Shown in pieces: positions 62,118 through 64,000 of a DNA stretch of 64,000 nt. The stretch covers positions 159,358 through 223,357 of the IMG/VR virus record IMGVR_UViG_3300037725_000018. One strand, given 5' to 3'. The notes under the pieces are model-generated. The model was not told where the DNA came from. It saw only the letters and a program-made list of their open reading frames with translations, and did no database searches. A program made the position numbers and the translations under genes. Positions within the stretch are counted from its first letter, which is position 1. Each line of letters starts with the position of its first letter.

Positions 62118-62687
62118 TTATCGGTTATCTCCGTCTCCACGAAGAACGTTTCTTTCGCTTCTGTCAAGTAGCTTGTTTACATTTAAGCTCATAACCGTTT
62201 CTAAACTAAAGAATCCGGCATGATGAGATATATGTTTCATGGTGCTAAATATAGTCTTCAAATTTTGAGCAATGTCTTCAATCTTTTCTTCTTTTCCATC
62301 GTCACCGCGAATAATCTTTTTGATTCTTCCATTCACGCGAACAGAACTTAAAAGAAGTTGTTCGGAGTATTCTCCGATTTGTTTAATCTGCGGTCCAAGT
62401 GGGCTTCCGGAAATATCTTGATCTAACTCTTCTTGAAACTGTTCTGTGTCTATATCAAGCTCATCAATAATACGAGCAGTGTACCACATAACGTCTCCAA
62501 GCTCACCCGCAAGACTTTTCCGTTCTTTTTGGCCGTACCTTTTGTTTCTGGCTCCGGCGTATTTAGAAGCCTTTTCATGAAACTCTCCAGCTTCATCGGA
62601 AAGCCCAAGTGCAACATAAGAAATTGCTTTTTCAGATGGATAAACTGCCGTTTCTTTTGTTTTTTCGATGTACTGTTGAATATTCAT
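62118..62687 (-). CDS. MazG-like nucleotide pyrophosphohydrolase with duplicated, degenerate second half
   Basis: LGLSDEAGE...GELGDVMWY; C-terminal N..KL.DR..R.VL.G.GDNR. Confidence 0.85.
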   Translation of the reverse strand: MNIQQYIEKTKETAVYPSEKAISYVALGLSDEAGEFHEKASKYAGARNKRYGQKERKSLAGELGDVMWYTARIIDELDIDTEQFQEELDQDISGSPLGPQIKQIGEYSEQLLLSSVRVNGRIKKIIRGDDGKEEKIEDIAQNLKTIFSTMKHISHHAGFFSLETVMSLNVNKLLDRSERNVLRGDGDNR

Positions 62688-62719
62688 AACTGTATTTGTC
62701 TTATGGCTTTTGTTTGTTC

Positions 62720-63049
62720 TTAAAGGTTATCTCCGTTTTCAAACCAATGGTCATACCGAAAATCGTATCGGGTACGCTCTCTTTTTGTGGCAAATTTCGG
62801 AGGGTGTGTTTCAACCAAGTTCGGCTCCATCCACTCGATTTCAATCTCGTTGACGTTCTTTTTTAGCTTTTCAAACGCCTCTTGAAGAAGCCGATTGTTT
62901 TGCTCGATCTCCCGTCGCATAGACCCAAGACGATCCTCTCCGGTCATTTGCTTGTACTTCTTATATGCCTCTTTTAACTCTTGGTTCTTTTTGGCGTAAA
63001 ACTTACGAATTTCAGAAGGAAATTGAGAGTTTTTGATTCGCTGTTTCAT
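62720..63049 (-). CDS. Hypothetical coiled-coil protein
   Basis: 109 aa ORF. Confidence 0.65.
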   Translation of the reverse strand: MKQRIKNSQFPSEIRKFYAKKNQELKEAYKKYKQMTGEDRLGSMRREIEQNNRLLQEAFEKLKKNVNEIEIEWMEPNLVETHPPKFATKRERTRYDFRYDHWFENGDNL

Positions 63050-63055
63050 AGTCTG

Positions 63056-63424
63056 TTAATATCTTGTGTTGTTTTGTGGTTCGTTTTCTTCGGAAGAAGA
63101 AGGCGTTTGACCTTCTGTTCGTTCTTTATGTAGACTGTACATGATCTTTAGGTAGTTCAAAGCGTCTTCGAACCGCCCGTCAATCTTTTCTTCTTGATGT
63201 ATGTTGTCGCTCTTTGCATATGACATAAGGCTCGTCACATGCTTCATAAAGTAGACTGTAGCAACTAAGATCGGGTCTACGTCAAGAAAGTCCGCAATGA
63301 CCCGGAAGTTTTTATGTACGTCTTTTGCGTCCCCACTATACGCGGGGTTCTTCCTCTCTTCAGTTCTTCTTGCGTTCTTTAAAAGCTTGTTTTTTCTCTT
63401 CTGGTACTTTTTCTTTGTTGTCAT
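63056..63424 (-). CDS. Nucleotide-modification-associated domain 1-like (all-alpha NTP-PPase)
   Basis: KN.AY....DV..NF...KH......I..RF.DA.NY pattern. Confidence 0.65.
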   Translation of the reverse strand: MTTKKKYQKRKNKLLKNARRTEERKNPAYSGDAKDVHKNFRVIADFLDVDPILVATVYFMKHVTSLMSYAKSDNIHQEEKIDGRFEDALNYLKIMYSLHKERTEGQTPSSSEENEPQNNTRY

Positions 63425-63624
63425 GTCTCTTTTTCTTTCCTTAGAAATGTCTTCACAAGATGCTCTTCATCGTCGGTGGTGTAAATGGATTGCCATTTTA
63501 AGGAAACGTAAGACCCGGATCTGTTGTACCGGGTTTTCATTTCATCCCCTTCTTGGCACACAGATTTGAAAAATTCTCTATCTGGTTTATTTTCTCCCCT
63601 AGAAATGTCAAATACGAATGTCAT
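63421..63624 (-). CDS. Family A-like small protein (dispersed)
   Basis: 67 aa, MTFVFD; ATGA overlaps at both ends. Confidence 0.6.
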   Translation of the reverse strand: MTFVFDISRGENKPDREFFKSVCQEGDEMKTRYNRSGSYVSLKWQSIYTTDDEEHLVKTFLRKEKET

Positions 63625-64000
63625 ATCTGTTTGAGGTCTTTAACTTCATCTTCTTCAAGTGGGTAATTTTTCATTACCTCTTTGAACCGGGACTTATGTT
63701 TTTCGTCTTTCATGAAGATTTCAAAATACTCTTTCGCCTCCGAAACAGAGCAGTCGTAAAAGTCAACCAAATACTCGATCATCCAGTCTTTTGGAAAATC
63801 GCTTCCCTCTTCTTCCTTCTTCACATATTTGTAATACGTGTCGTCAGGAGGAAGAAGATGTTTGTACATTTTGTATGCCGCCTCGTCTGGCATTTCCATT
63901 GTAAGGTGTTGTACTTCGTTCACAACCGGACAGAGATCCGGGTTCATGGAAACGCCCCGGTTGACCATGTACGTGTTCCACTGCTTTCTCTCGGACTCAG
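63621..64000 (-). CDS. Clamp loader small subunit (T4 gp62-like), 5' end beyond window
   Basis: WNTYMVNR.VSMNPD...VNE.Q...Y...LP....Y.KY.K...Y.CS..EAKEY; frame open to window end. Confidence 0.7.
   Translation of the reverse strand, partial: ESERKQWNTYMVNRGVSMNPDLCPVVNEVQHLTMEMPDEAAYKMYKHLLPPDDTYYKYVKKEEEGSDFPKDWMIEYLVDFYDCSVSEAKEYFEIFMKDEKHKSRFKEVMKNYPLEEDEVKDLKQI

Noticed and set aside
1-64000. CRISPR array or mini-array
   Set aside because: No run of identical 25-45 nt repeats with unique spacers of constant length; the repeated elements are promoters, terminators or coding modules.

Overview
The window is about 64 kb of a large tailed dsDNA phage genome. No integrase, host housekeeping operon, CRISPR array or reverse transcriptase is visible. 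Virion proteins are strongly acidic and there is an M15A peptidoglycan peptidase, which suggests a salt-in halophilic bacterial host such as a Salinibacter-like Rhodothermota/Bacteroidota (inference only). Layout: (1) 1-17.4 kb is an accessory region. Plus-strand arrays of tightly packed 50-110 aa, mostly basic ORFs that nearly all begin with the same hydrophobic N-terminal motif (M-[IV]-[IV]-[IVF]-[FILY]-[EDS], 'family A'; 50 copies counted window-wide, 2 of them broken) alternate with minus-strand islands of mostly acidic small genes. Many of those islands' genes have their own ECF-sigma-like promoter (GRAAC-N17-RTKTAM, 'class B cassettes'; 22 promoter copies aligned by hand). (2) 17.9-39 kb is a cluster of modular YadA-like tail fibre/adhesin genes, two with S74 chaperone domains. 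(3) 39-47 kb holds DHFR, a peptidase M15A endolysin, tRNA-Arg(CCU), another class B island and ThyA. (4) 48-57 kb holds putative virion proteins (one with a mini-intein) and a nonulosonic/sialic acid cluster (NeuB, NeuA, HAD phosphatase, three GT29 sialyltransferases, GT25, GT-A). (5) 57-64 kb holds SLOG/YspA, kinase-like, Cas4-like PD-(D/E)XK nuclease, MazG-like, Nmad1-like and clamp-loader small-subunit genes. All calls come from reading motifs by eye. No database search was run. Coordinates not in the supplied ORF track were counted by hand.
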